Of a stretch of 52,885 nt of DNA, positions 25,301 to 32,061 are shown piece by piece. Position numbers and translations under genes: made by a program. The notes below the pieces were generated by a model. It was given only the letters and a program-made list of their open reading frames with translations, was not told the origin of the DNA and made no database searches. Every line of letters begins with the position of its first letter. Position 1 is the stretch's first letter. Origin of the DNA: a virus (Duplodnaviria > Caudoviricetes); IMG/VR virus record IMGVR_UViG_3300033144_005399, positions 1-52,885 of that record; one strand, 5' to 3'.

Positions 25301-26778
25301 TCTACAACAACTGTCAGATCATGGTCGCGTCGGACGCAGCGAACGTCGGCATGAACTGGCCGGTGAAGCATCTGTGGATGTACGACTCGCTGTTCAGCCC
25401 GATGGAGGAGTGGCAGCGCATCACGCGCGCGGCGCGCATGCTCCCGCCCGCAGTCCGCGGTCCCGCGAAGAAGCTCATCGAGAAGATCGGCGCGTACATC
25501 TCGAAGATCGAAGCGCAGAACGACTTCAAGGAATACGAGGGCGTCGACAGCGCGATGCTCATCGTGCGCGAAGCGATCGAGAAAGCGCTCACGCCAGCGG
25601 AGCGTGCGGAGCTGAACGACCTGCCTGGGGGTGCGCCCGATCAGATTCTGGAAGCGTGGTTCGCGAAGCGAGCGTTCGACAAGATCGCAAGTGCTCGCGA
25701 GGAGGTGGGCGCTCAGCTCCGACAGACCGGGGACATCCCCGACCCGACGCGCCCGCTAGAGAGCCTCATCCCGCCCGAGGCGATCACCGAAGCCGACATC
25801 ATGAATCACATCCTTCGCAACCACATGACGGGCTTCGATCTGGAGATCCTGAAGAGCCGCCGCTACCTCGTGGATGTGAAGCGCCTCACGGTATCCGTCG
25901 ATGTGCCCGAGTTCGTCGACATCACGGTCACCGATCCGATGACGGGTAAGCGGGGCAAGGTGCGGATCCCGACCGGGGAGATGCTCACCGAATCGCCCGC
26001 GCTCGCGGAGAAGAGCCAGCTCGCGCAGGGGCGCGCGAAGATGGTGCCTTACGAATACTTCCTGAAGGTCGTGCAGAACGAGCAGCCGAAGCACACGAAG
26101 TACGACTACACGCCCGCATGGCGCGGATCGCTCGCGGCGTTCTCGCTGCTCGAAGATGGGCAGGGCAACCCCGTGGGCGCCGCTCCCATGCTCGTCGAGA
26201 TCCAGAACGCTGACGGCTCGCGCAGCTTCGTCACGCAGGCGGAGTTCGAGGCGGCGGGCGGGAAGCTGAAGGAGCCACCCATCAAGGCCAAGACCGCGAA
26301 GCGCGAGGAGGGTCCGAAGAAGCAGGGCCCATCAACACCGATGGCGGCGGTCAAGGCGAAGCTCGGCGGAGACACCTTCGGTTGGAAGGGGGGCAGCGGG
26401 AAGATCTTCATCTCGACCCCGAAGGATGCGGGGCTCCCGTATCTGGCGGTCGACCCCTCGCACCGGCGCGAGGCACCCGCGGGGAGCGCTGACTACGCGG
26501 AGTGGAGTGCGACCTACGAGGTTCCGCTATACCGTGCGGTCGAAGACCGGCTGAAGAGTCTCGGGCTCGGGCATCTTTCCATCGAGATCGATGCGGGGGG
26601 CTACGTGCAGCTACACCCCGGCGCGTCGGGCGAGTACGGCACGACGCCACCTTCCGCGGCCGGCGCGGGCAAACCGAAGAAGGGCCGCAAAGCGCCGCCC
26701 GGGTTCGACCCCGAGGGCATGCAGCCCGAAGACCTGCGGAAGAAGTCGATGCGGTTCGTTGTGCCGCGGGGGAGATAA
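19345..26778 (+). CDS. Giant polyvalent protein (~2477 aa): N-terminal HExxH metallopeptidase and SNF2/SWI2-family helicase with large insertions
   Basis: TAATG overlap start. HEFGH (20068) with ISGYA..EDFAESF. Helicase motifs HFMGTGKT (22651), VVP, VVDEAH (DEAH at 23086), LSGTP, IIFGNR, ASDAANVGMN and QRITRAAR. Confidence 0.9.
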   Translation: MQYVIPARRAGVDALVKAVFSRGPRPGVKYIKKVPYFSGGKMKWRYYYRDEHSRKHGRGHHDPYNDHDHHLIGELKDHHKNLVGKVRSAIETGMQFIKGLFGFKKQPDTAAGAVFTQKFIEPPIAAEKEGKSPDANAATVKMAQAIEMLPDHLKAMVDPAQIPKVKGGKYKGLKSFSLLDNMEDPYLLRLGLLGMLTVGGHASRTEGHLIVNGLSFEGGKKGVTSKPDFNSPETVTEEVFWHEFGHHIHYAIEESITRGELTWKKAWEEWADGLDGKKISGYAGSHTYEDFAESFACMISHPKQLAMVCKERYEWMQQHLFEHLPEQEKMVQVDDEELAWWNAKPHTKVTAALFQARKKEGAAAPFHPMHSEKDQFYTVSIEGRTVYLRMGPPSKVDEAGWHRMPETTYTETIEGADGKPVTITLPRNENLVGARFKAQSAAKEIYDERGVALTNHQAFLHLFQDDKDLIDWMPDDIAEYGKSPRWKKNKEGKDTKTQEKDPETGEPLWDYRPTEVHNLSRRMFEALGFKKAHTKENERKRLLKVVVAQKEWDRVKAKHEAGKKLTKKEKSLLFEYEKVTSEKTGKETVTTHVVAEKPRPDFDEYQGKKLGRIQWAPHEMTRHEFMQKSGTFAFGEMKASKKTAPYLARDEDGNVVMKADGTPLTTATVYEQENPDGSWTKVTVNTSAPFNRGDTIYVPDKSGNWKRHTLDSGSIDPFIIAREHGTTMKALLSHNGKFARGQITDPILAALINPGDIPIADSTKLQELMREAASVHNVDPETQEPYTGRRVWVTLAGEPGGGSAKSMRANAHIQVEFDGSGPPRVVGPYWERKLGKAPVRVDELLNKFDEITTPLIKEQKAKIVQAKPGGLVWFVDPKSEKRVLGTYVKKRKDPKTKKELFMVQPLPGQAAGSAKHIVGVQKVEPVTDDLVPGNPTLRKRKVQPLEKDLLLYMDEVPRGSATNETRGNIRILLPTDGSITMEQVKKYPGVRILEPTPGDRALRVTISPKDLPEFRARVGGFMMGSRVLAKLAEEDTRSRILAEESGKQQIVEPEDLENDEGNINPEGPLRGLVEGDDGIQPGEHRIRALQKLAKNNGRLYAAHFMGTGKTALAIMASQMMRNLADPSDPSKPHPKQLKKKVMHVVPLNTADGWFQEYVRFLGAPTVVGAESLSGAQQLPKLPKRNAREKDESYRQRVMTFWKNAIKSNPKLWNPWTDAGDNVVAPMEYFRDNEEALRLTGMFDGMVVDEAHKVARENQLSKAIERWNPQMNLFLLLSGTPITNNLKVLPRIVDLVTAGEVKLGTEEEFTERYLIESATMRAYNRRSAVKTDLNPQRVGELAGILQPIMDVATTADVKGKSMPAVLLDENEPAHMIGQQARMYRLAMAQTTDAEREAMGASAALGLDEGGLLSPDARRKIAVARSIANAPSYKAPDDREDATYEETTARVDRRGNQIVEKTTQVFELPSLGKMTNKRTDRGIAWGGVWPDTSDVVAGRITQGYYEALHKYVHRVLGVGYEFLEGKKIAGSPQGKKLLAALRNKGEYITNTGEKWQKGIRYSGGGKLKNPDFGPEGMICRGKLNERTGEITKLTEIGKKAATYYDSQTGQWKPVEVKPGHLFVRDTRSKMLGVFYDQEDWEFTGRFDTKAESGTTDDGEDGPKIPDVSTLTRKQMEALAKKHEISLPDDIDDEVFRALLEDALRKKVLGRKGNQQGPKAGREGMTIQRHPARREARAQFDMAVTTNNAKCDKLEEHMREALKEKTGGGAQDQGIIFGNRIGSAVRTAESKLRMLGYMDVNEALGNPEWSTDHDKKRALGTRKFYVTYMGKGATLGDRDINSEIFRHVQDDFGSDTGTSMFVQRSMYGTSKNRMLRAEQMEEPWGKSQRAKIKQNFVDGTGASTKSGTPRGLEVPMRVVGWKNDDGSVGQRYVYESELTTAAKRQVAALEIKMRSQRGAAKEKTNRQVYEIMKPFFSEKRPLTDDQIDIYNNCQIMVASDAANVGMNWPVKHLWMYDSLFSPMEEWQRITRAARMLPPAVRGPAKKLIEKIGAYISKIEAQNDFKEYEGVDSAMLIVREAIEKALTPAERAELNDLPGGAPDQILEAWFAKRAFDKIASAREEVGAQLRQTGDIPDPTRPLESLIPPEAITEADIMNHILRNHMTGFDLEILKSRRYLVDVKRLTVSVDVPEFVDITVTDPMTGKRGKVRIPTGEMLTESPALAEKSQLAQGRAKMVPYEYFLKVVQNEQPKHTKYDYTPAWRGSLAAFSLLEDGQGNPVGAAPMLVEIQNADGSRSFVTQAEFEAAGGKLKEPPIKAKTAKREEGPKKQGPSTPMAAVKAKLGGDTFGWKGGSGKIFISTPKDAGLPYLAVDPSHRREAPAGSADYAEWSATYEVPLYRAVEDRLKSLGLGHLSIEIDAGGYVQLHPGASGEYGTTPPSAAGAGKPKKGRKAPPGFDPEGMQPEDLRKKSMRFVVPRGR

Positions 26779-26781
26779 CCG

Positions 26782-27093
26782 ATGGGACTCTACGAGAGCG
26801 GGCGCAGCGGGAGTGACCTCGATTTCTTCGAGGACATTTTCAACGTCGGTATCCCCTTCGAGGGGAAGATCGACGTCGGCTACTTCATCGACATCCCCAA
26901 CGCCGACATCGCACGCCGAGCCCTGCGGTTCCTCAGCGATCAGAACAACGAGTTCGAGCTGCGCGCACGGCACCCCGAGGACGACATGCTGCGGCTCTGG
27001 CGTGGCGTCTTCCGCGGGTGCATCGCGCACGGCGTCGAGATCCCGGCTGACCTGAAGGGCTACGCGAAGCGCCTCGGGATCATTGTCCCGTGA
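26782..27093 (+). CDS. Small hypothetical protein (103 aa)
   Basis: GGGGAG RBS and typical codon usage. Confidence 0.7.
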   Translation: MGLYESGRSGSDLDFFEDIFNVGIPFEGKIDVGYFIDIPNADIARRALRFLSDQNNEFELRARHPEDDMLRLWRGVFRGCIAHGVEIPADLKGYAKRLGIIVP

Positions 27094-27308
27094 CCGACTG
27101 CCCCCACTGCGACAAGCCTGTCTTTCGCAAAAGCGCGGACGGTCAGAAGCTGAAAGCGCGCACTCGGATCGTGGTGCTGCACAAGTCGGGCGGCGTCGAG
27201 ATCAACTGCGGAAGCTGCGGCAAGGGTATCCTTCTGCCGCTCGCGCGGGTGGAGGGCGAGGACATTCGCAAGGCCGAGATGCCGCGGCTGGTTGCGCGGC
27301 GGGGTTGA
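27090..27308 (+). CDS. Small zinc-ribbon protein
   Basis: CPHC...CGSC in 72 aa. GTGA overlap with the upstream gene. Confidence 0.7.
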   Translation: MTDCPHCDKPVFRKSADGQKLKARTRIVVLHKSGGVEINCGSCGKGILLPLARVEGEDIRKAEMPRLVARRG

Positions 27309-27334
27309 CAGTATCCGCAAACGGGTGCCATACC
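27305..27334 (+). promoter_or_regulatory. Candidate sigma70-type promoter
   Basis: Perfect TTGACA at 27305-27310, an 18-nt spacer, then TG-C-CATACC as a weak extended -10. Confidence 0.4.
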
Positions 27335-27364
27335 ACCCGAGTGGCCTAGTCGCGTGTGCGACAG

Positions 27365-27402
27365 AGAGGCGGGACAACCCTGAGGGGTCTCCCGCCTTTT
27401 TT
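27365..27402 (+). terminator. Rho-independent terminator-like hairpin just upstream of the protease gene
   Basis: AGGCGGGA...TCCCGCCT stem with inner ACCC/GGGT pairing, running into a six-T tract. Confidence 0.75.
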
Positions 27403-27416
27403 CATTCCTGAGCATC

Positions 27417-28127
27417 ATGAACTCCCCCTTCGCCTTCGACTTCGACGTAGAGGTCTTCGAGAAAGCCAGCGCGGCCGCCGGTAAGGAGCGCCGCATCGGC
27501 GGCATCATCTCGACCGACCACCTCGACAGGCAGGGCGAAGTGCTCATCGCTGAGGGCCTGGACCTGGATCCCTTCCTCTCCAAGGGCTGGTTCAATGACA
27601 ACCACAGCCCCGACACGGACGGCGTGGTTGGGTATCCAGAGTTCGCGGAGCTGCGGACGCTCCCCGGCGGGTTGCACAAGGGCTGGTACGTCGAGGGGTA
27701 CCTGCTGAAGACCGATCGCGCGACGCGCATCTGGGATCTGGCGAAGGATCTCCAGAAGCACGATCGCAAGCTCGGCTTTTCGGTCGAGGGCGGCATCACC
27801 GAGCGCGACACCAACGACTCGAAGAAGGTGCGCAAGGCTGTGGTGCGCGAGGTCGCGATCACGAAGTGCCCGGTCAACGTCGAGACGGCGCTGGAAGTGC
27901 TCGTGAAGAGTCTCAGCGCTGGCAGCGCGGGCGTGAACCCAGGCGCTGTGCCGGGCGAGGGTTTCGCACTGCGCACCGAGGCGCTCGAAGCCAAGAAGAA
28001 GAAGAAGAAGCGCCGCTTCAGGAAGTCTGAAGCGATCAACCTATTGATGCGCGCGAATCCTCGCGTCACGCGCGAGCATGCGACGAAGATCATCGACTAT
28101 GCGCTGCGCCATCACCGCGCTGCCTAG
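27417..28127 (+). CDS. Prohead (capsid maturation) protease
   Basis: IGGIIST..LDRQGE, GWFNDNH, YVEGYL, LGFSVEG and VAITKCPVN motifs. Lies two genes before the capsid. Confidence 0.92.
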   Translation: MNSPFAFDFDVEVFEKASAAAGKERRIGGIISTDHLDRQGEVLIAEGLDLDPFLSKGWFNDNHSPDTDGVVGYPEFAELRTLPGGLHKGWYVEGYLLKTDRATRIWDLAKDLQKHDRKLGFSVEGGITERDTNDSKKVRKAVVREVAITKCPVNVETALEVLVKSLSAGSAGVNPGAVPGEGFALRTEALEAKKKKKKRRFRKSEAINLLMRANPRVTREHATKIIDYALRHHRAA

Positions 28128-28139
28128 AGGAGACGAGCC

Positions 28140-29045
28140 ATGAGTGACGAGCAAGAAGAGCTGGAGATGGACGGAATCACCGCATCGCTCGATGAGCTGG
28201 TGAAGGCAGCCGACGCCACCGAGGTCGTGAAGTCGTATGGGGGCACCAACGTCGAGACGTCCGGCCGGTACGACGAGGACGGCAAGGGTGGCGGCGGCAT
28301 GGCCGAAGCCGGCGACATGGGTGGTCTCGACGACATGATGATCGGGAAGATGGCGCAGTCGCTCATCGACGCCGGTTTCGACGCTGGAGAGATCCAGGCG
28401 TTCATGACGGCGAAGCAGGAAGACGAAGACGAGGACGACGAGGAGGAGGAGTACGAGCGCGCCGCGCCCGTGGCCGCGCCCGAGGGCGAGCCCATGCGCA
28501 AGGCGATGGATGAGTACCGTGACGACTCCGACATCGCAGACGCGATCGACGTGTCTCCGTTCCTCGAAGCGCTCACGACGCGCACCGCCGATCAGCTCGA
28601 CGGTATCCGCAAGTCGCTGCTCGATCACCGCGGGCGCACTCAGCACGTGCAGCGCGCGACGGCCGCAGCCATCCACCAGATCGGCACGCTCCAGAAGGGC
28701 ATGGCCGACATCCTCGGCGCGCTCGACGACCGGCTGAACCTCATGGAGCGTCAGCCCGCCGGACGGCGCAGTGCCGGATCGCTCTCGGGCGCTCGCGCGC
28801 TCCAGAAGAGCATGCCCGGCGAAGCCGGCGGCGGCGGAGACACGCTCATGAAGAGCGAGGTCATCGGCACGCTCACGTACATGAACCTGGAGAAGGGGAT
28901 CAGTGACATCGGCGGTCGAGGGACCGGTCAGATGGCGATGATGCTCGAAGGTGGCGGCGTCATCGATCAGCAGACCGTCGATGCCGTGAACGGATTCCTG
29001 GCGGCTCATCCCGCCGAAGCAGACGCAGCGCGTAACTACCGGTAG
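28140..29045 (+). CDS. Putative scaffolding/core protein
   Basis: Acidic, helical 301-aa protein between protease and capsid. Carries eight hydrophobic-x-K-(A/S/G) motifs: LVKA, VVKS, MRKA, IRKS, LQKG, LQKS, LMKS, LEKG. Confidence 0.7.
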   Translation: MSDEQEELEMDGITASLDELVKAADATEVVKSYGGTNVETSGRYDEDGKGGGGMAEAGDMGGLDDMMIGKMAQSLIDAGFDAGEIQAFMTAKQEDEDEDDEEEEYERAAPVAAPEGEPMRKAMDEYRDDSDIADAIDVSPFLEALTTRTADQLDGIRKSLLDHRGRTQHVQRATAAAIHQIGTLQKGMADILGALDDRLNLMERQPAGRRSAGSLSGARALQKSMPGEAGGGGDTLMKSEVIGTLTYMNLEKGISDIGGRGTGQMAMMLEGGGVIDQQTVDAVNGFLAAHPAEADAARNYR

Positions 29046-29087
29046 TCCGGTCGGCGCACCAACGAATCGAACGGAAGGAATAGGAAC

Positions 29088-30506
29088 ATGCTCGGAGCTT
29101 TCGTAAGCGCTCAGGACTACCGTGACTACAGCGGGTACGGGACGGTGCAGTCGCCTGGGGAGATCGCAGATCTCCGCAAGGCGCTTAGCGCCGGACAGGA
29201 CGTCAACGATCCGGGTGTCGCACCCGGCGTCGGCTTCCCGCTGCGCACGGAGTCGCTCGAAGCGACCCTGAAAAATCTCACCTACGAGATGGACGAGATC
29301 AAGCTTTTCAAATCCATCCCCAAGGTACCAGCGACAAATACAGTTGAGGAGTTCAATCGCTTGCTGAGTTATGGCTCGGCGGGCGCGCGGCAGTTCAACC
29401 GCGGCTTCTTCGACGAAGGTGACCTTCCTGAGGAGGAAGATAGCACCTACGAAAGAGTGACGATCCTGATTCGATTTATCGGGATCACCGGCAGAGTGAC
29501 GCACGTCGCCAACACTATCCGCGCTGCACATGGAAATGTAGTTGCGCTCGAAACGATGAACAAAACGATGGAGCTGTTGCGCAACTTGGAGAACTCGTTG
29601 TTCTTCGGCGACAACACTCTTATCCCGCAACAGTGGGATGGTCTCGAACGTCTCATCACCGACGGCGCTCCCGACAACGTGATCGACCTTCGCGGCGCAC
29701 CGCTCACCGAAGAAGCGATGAACGACTTCCTGTTGCAGATTCGCGACAACTTCGGCATGGCGACCGACTGCTACTTCGGCACCGGTCCGTTCGCTGATCT
29801 CGCGAAGCAGGTCTACGACAGACAGAGGTTCGCGTATGCGCCCGCACCCGGTGTGCTCGGCGCAACCGTGACGGCCTTCCAAGGTCAGCACGGCAAGGTG
29901 AACTTGCATGACCACGTGTTCATCACGGACGGCGACACCGCTGTCGCCGCGGGTATCGGCCGCACCGACCGTCGTCCGCTCGCACCGACGAACCCCGTCG
30001 CAACCGCAGCCGCACCCGCCGTGGGTTCGGAGTTCCTCGCGGCCGACATCGGCACGTACATCTACCGTGTCGTCGCCGGCAACAGGTTCGGCCTGAGCGC
30101 TCCGATCGACACGGCGGGTGTCATCGTCGCCGCCGGTGACGGCGTGACGTTCACCGTCGCCGACGGTGGGCAGGACACGACGTTCTACGAAATCTATCGG
30201 ACTGCGATCGGCGCAGCGGTCGGTACCGCACGGTTGATGACGCGTGTCGCGCGCACGGGCGCAACGCAGGTCATCACCGACCTGAACGCCGACATCCCCG
30301 GCACGAGCAAGGGCTTCGTGCTCATGCAGAACCAGCGGTCGTTTGCATGGAGCCAGCTCTTGCCAATGACCCGCATCCCACTTGCGGCCATCGACACTTC
30401 CATACGCTGGGCTCAGGTGCTGTACGGCGCAATGAAGCTTTACACGCCTGCAAAGAACATTGTCGTCAAAAACATCGGTCGAGCAGCCGGCTCGCTCGGT
30501 AGCTGA
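29088..30506 (+). CDS. Major capsid protein (SPO1/Twort-type), predicted cleavage after Lys31
   Basis: LRKALSAG..LRTESLEATLKNLT, IPKVPATNTVEEF, FFDEGDLP, LENSLFFGD..QWDGL, VIDLRG, QLLPMTRIPLA, VLYGAMKLYTP..VVKNI. Confidence 0.93.
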   Translation: MLGAFVSAQDYRDYSGYGTVQSPGEIADLRKALSAGQDVNDPGVAPGVGFPLRTESLEATLKNLTYEMDEIKLFKSIPKVPATNTVEEFNRLLSYGSAGARQFNRGFFDEGDLPEEEDSTYERVTILIRFIGITGRVTHVANTIRAAHGNVVALETMNKTMELLRNLENSLFFGDNTLIPQQWDGLERLITDGAPDNVIDLRGAPLTEEAMNDFLLQIRDNFGMATDCYFGTGPFADLAKQVYDRQRFAYAPAPGVLGATVTAFQGQHGKVNLHDHVFITDGDTAVAAGIGRTDRRPLAPTNPVATAAAPAVGSEFLAADIGTYIYRVVAGNRFGLSAPIDTAGVIVAAGDGVTFTVADGGQDTTFYEIYRTAIGAAVGTARLMTRVARTGATQVITDLNADIPGTSKGFVLMQNQRSFAWSQLLPMTRIPLAAIDTSIRWAQVLYGAMKLYTPAKNIVVKNIGRAAGSLGS

Positions 30507-30531
30507 ACGTAGCGACACACGCTGGTAGGAT

Positions 30532-30565
30532 GGGCGAGCGGGCAATAGCTCGTTCGCCCGTTCTC
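30532..30565 (+). terminator. GC-rich hairpin after the capsid gene (terminator or processing stem)
   Basis: GGGCGAGCGGGC-AATA-GCTCGTTCGCCC forms a 12-bp stem with two G-U pairs. The U-tail (GTTCT) is weak. Confidence 0.6.
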
Positions 30566-30581
30566 GCTAAGGGAGATACCG

Positions 30582-31076
30582 ATGGAGATCCAGAACCCAA
30601 ACCTCGCGAACACGAGCGTCGGACTTCGCTACACGCGAGACGACGACGGTGTGCCGGTTGTCGTGCACGGTGACGAACGCGGTGTGTTCGACGTTCCCGA
30701 CAAGGACGGCGAGTTCATGGTTGCGACGCCCGGCTGGAAGAGGGTGCGCAAGGCGGTGCCCGTTCTCGGCGGCACTTCCGGCGATGACAGCTTCGGCGTG
30801 GACGCGCCCGAGCCTGCGCTCGTTCCGAAACCTCCGAAGCCCTCGACGGCTCGCGACGACGAGACGACCACGAAGGTGAGCTACGACGGGGATACCCAGC
30901 CACCGCCCGACGACGACGAGGGCGAGGAAGAGGAGTACGAGGAAGTCGACCTCGACTCGATGGACAAGGATGAGCTTCTCGCACTCGCCGAGGAGCAAGA
31001 GATCGAAGGCATCAACAAGCGCTGGGGTGAGGAGCGCCTGCGCGCACATCTCTCCGAAGCGCTCGAAGAGGAGTAA
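30582..31076 (+). CDS. Acidic protein with a C-terminal HeH/Rho-N-like motif
   Basis: C-terminal LDSMDKDELLALAEEQEI...LRAHL. Follows the capsid gene. Confidence 0.65.
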   Translation: MEIQNPNLANTSVGLRYTRDDDGVPVVVHGDERGVFDVPDKDGEFMVATPGWKRVRKAVPVLGGTSGDDSFGVDAPEPALVPKPPKPSTARDDETTTKVSYDGDTQPPPDDDEGEEEEYEEVDLDSMDKDELLALAEEQEIEGINKRWGEERLRAHLSEALEEE

Positions 31077-31079
31077 GCG

Positions 31080-31430
31080 ATGGCTGCCGAAGCTGACGAC
31101 CTCCGCTATTTCTATGGCGGAACCATCGGGCGCTCGCAGGAGCTGGCGATCACGGACGCGGCTTCGACCGAGCCCACCGAGTCGCTCCCGCTGGGGCGCT
31201 ACCTCGTGCACATCCTCGACGCGACCGGTCGCATCTACGTCGCGCAGGGAGCCTTCGGTACCGTCGCGGTCGCAGCTCCGGCTGCGGCTCCGGCCTTCCC
31301 GATGGACAACGATGGGATCAAGGCGTTCGAGTTCGTCTCGAAGCCCGGTCTCAACAGCATCGCGGCGCGCGCCACGGCAGCGGTGACTGCCACGCTCGTC
31401 ATCACGAAGATCAGCCGCGGCAAGAACTGA
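31080..31430 (+). CDS. Small putative virion protein (paralogue of 32058..32465)
   Basis: Shares LPxGRYL, FP, IAA and TLxIxxxS motifs with the 32058 protein. Confidence 0.7.
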   Translation: MAAEADDLRYFYGGTIGRSQELAITDAASTEPTESLPLGRYLVHILDATGRIYVAQGAFGTVAVAAPAAAPAFPMDNDGIKAFEFVSKPGLNSIAARATAAVTATLVITKISRGKN

Positions 31431-31437
31431 GGCGACG

Positions 31438-32061
31438 ATGCCCGGCAGCTCGTCATTGCGTTCGCGCCTCGTGAGTGCAGCGGTGCACCAAGGTCAGCCG
31501 GGGATGCTCGGGGAGGCTCCCGCGGGAGGGCTCCCCTTCGAGGCGTTCCCGGCGCTCTCGGATGGGAGCTGGGTCGACATCGCGACGCCCGTGCGCACGC
31601 CTGCACTCGCGGACCCTTTCGGGGGCACCGTCGCGGAGACCATCGAAGACGACAACGCGGCGGCGTTGGAGGGCATCACACGCACGACGACGCTCGCGCT
31701 CGTCGGCGGTCGGTCGTACAAGGTCGAGCACTACGTTCTCAAAGACCTCGACGAGACGCGCTTCCCCGAGCTGCAACATGTTCGCGGGGGGGATACCGCG
31801 CACTGCCAGCTCAACACGCGCACGGGTGCTTCGATGGTCCGCGCGTCGGCCGGTTTCACGGGTGTCGGCTTCGTCGTCGTCACGGCGCCTAGCAACGCGC
31901 TGTGGTGGAAGTGCACCACGGTCGTCACCGCGAACACCGCGGGGACCCTCACGAAGAATGTCCTCGTCGGCGGCAGCGCGGTCTTCGGGAACGCGCCGCT
32001 CGTCGGAGACCTCGGATCGATCGGATACTTCCCCGGTCAGCTTAGGCAGACTTCGCTGTGA
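31438..32061 (+). CDS. Putative beta-rich virion accessory protein
   Basis: GAGG RBS and Thr/Ala/Gly-rich composition. Tiles between its neighbours. Confidence 0.6.
   Translation: MPGSSSLRSRLVSAAVHQGQPGMLGEAPAGGLPFEAFPALSDGSWVDIATPVRTPALADPFGGTVAETIEDDNAAALEGITRTTTLALVGGRSYKVEHYVLKDLDETRFPELQHVRGGDTAHCQLNTRTGASMVRASAGFTGVGFVVVTAPSNALWWKCTTVVTANTAGTLTKNVLVGGSAVFGNAPLVGDLGSIGYFPGQLRQTSL

Noticed and set aside
30523-30531. TGGTAGGAT extended -10-like element after the capsid gene
   Set aside because: No supporting -35 and no clearly recurring promoter consensus elsewhere in the window.
20728-30545. Long minus-strand ORFs (e.g. 20728..22809, 22855..25371, 28041..30545) and many others across the window
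   Set aside because: They are antisense shadows of high-GC genes. They overlap well-supported + strand genes and have no recognisable motifs.
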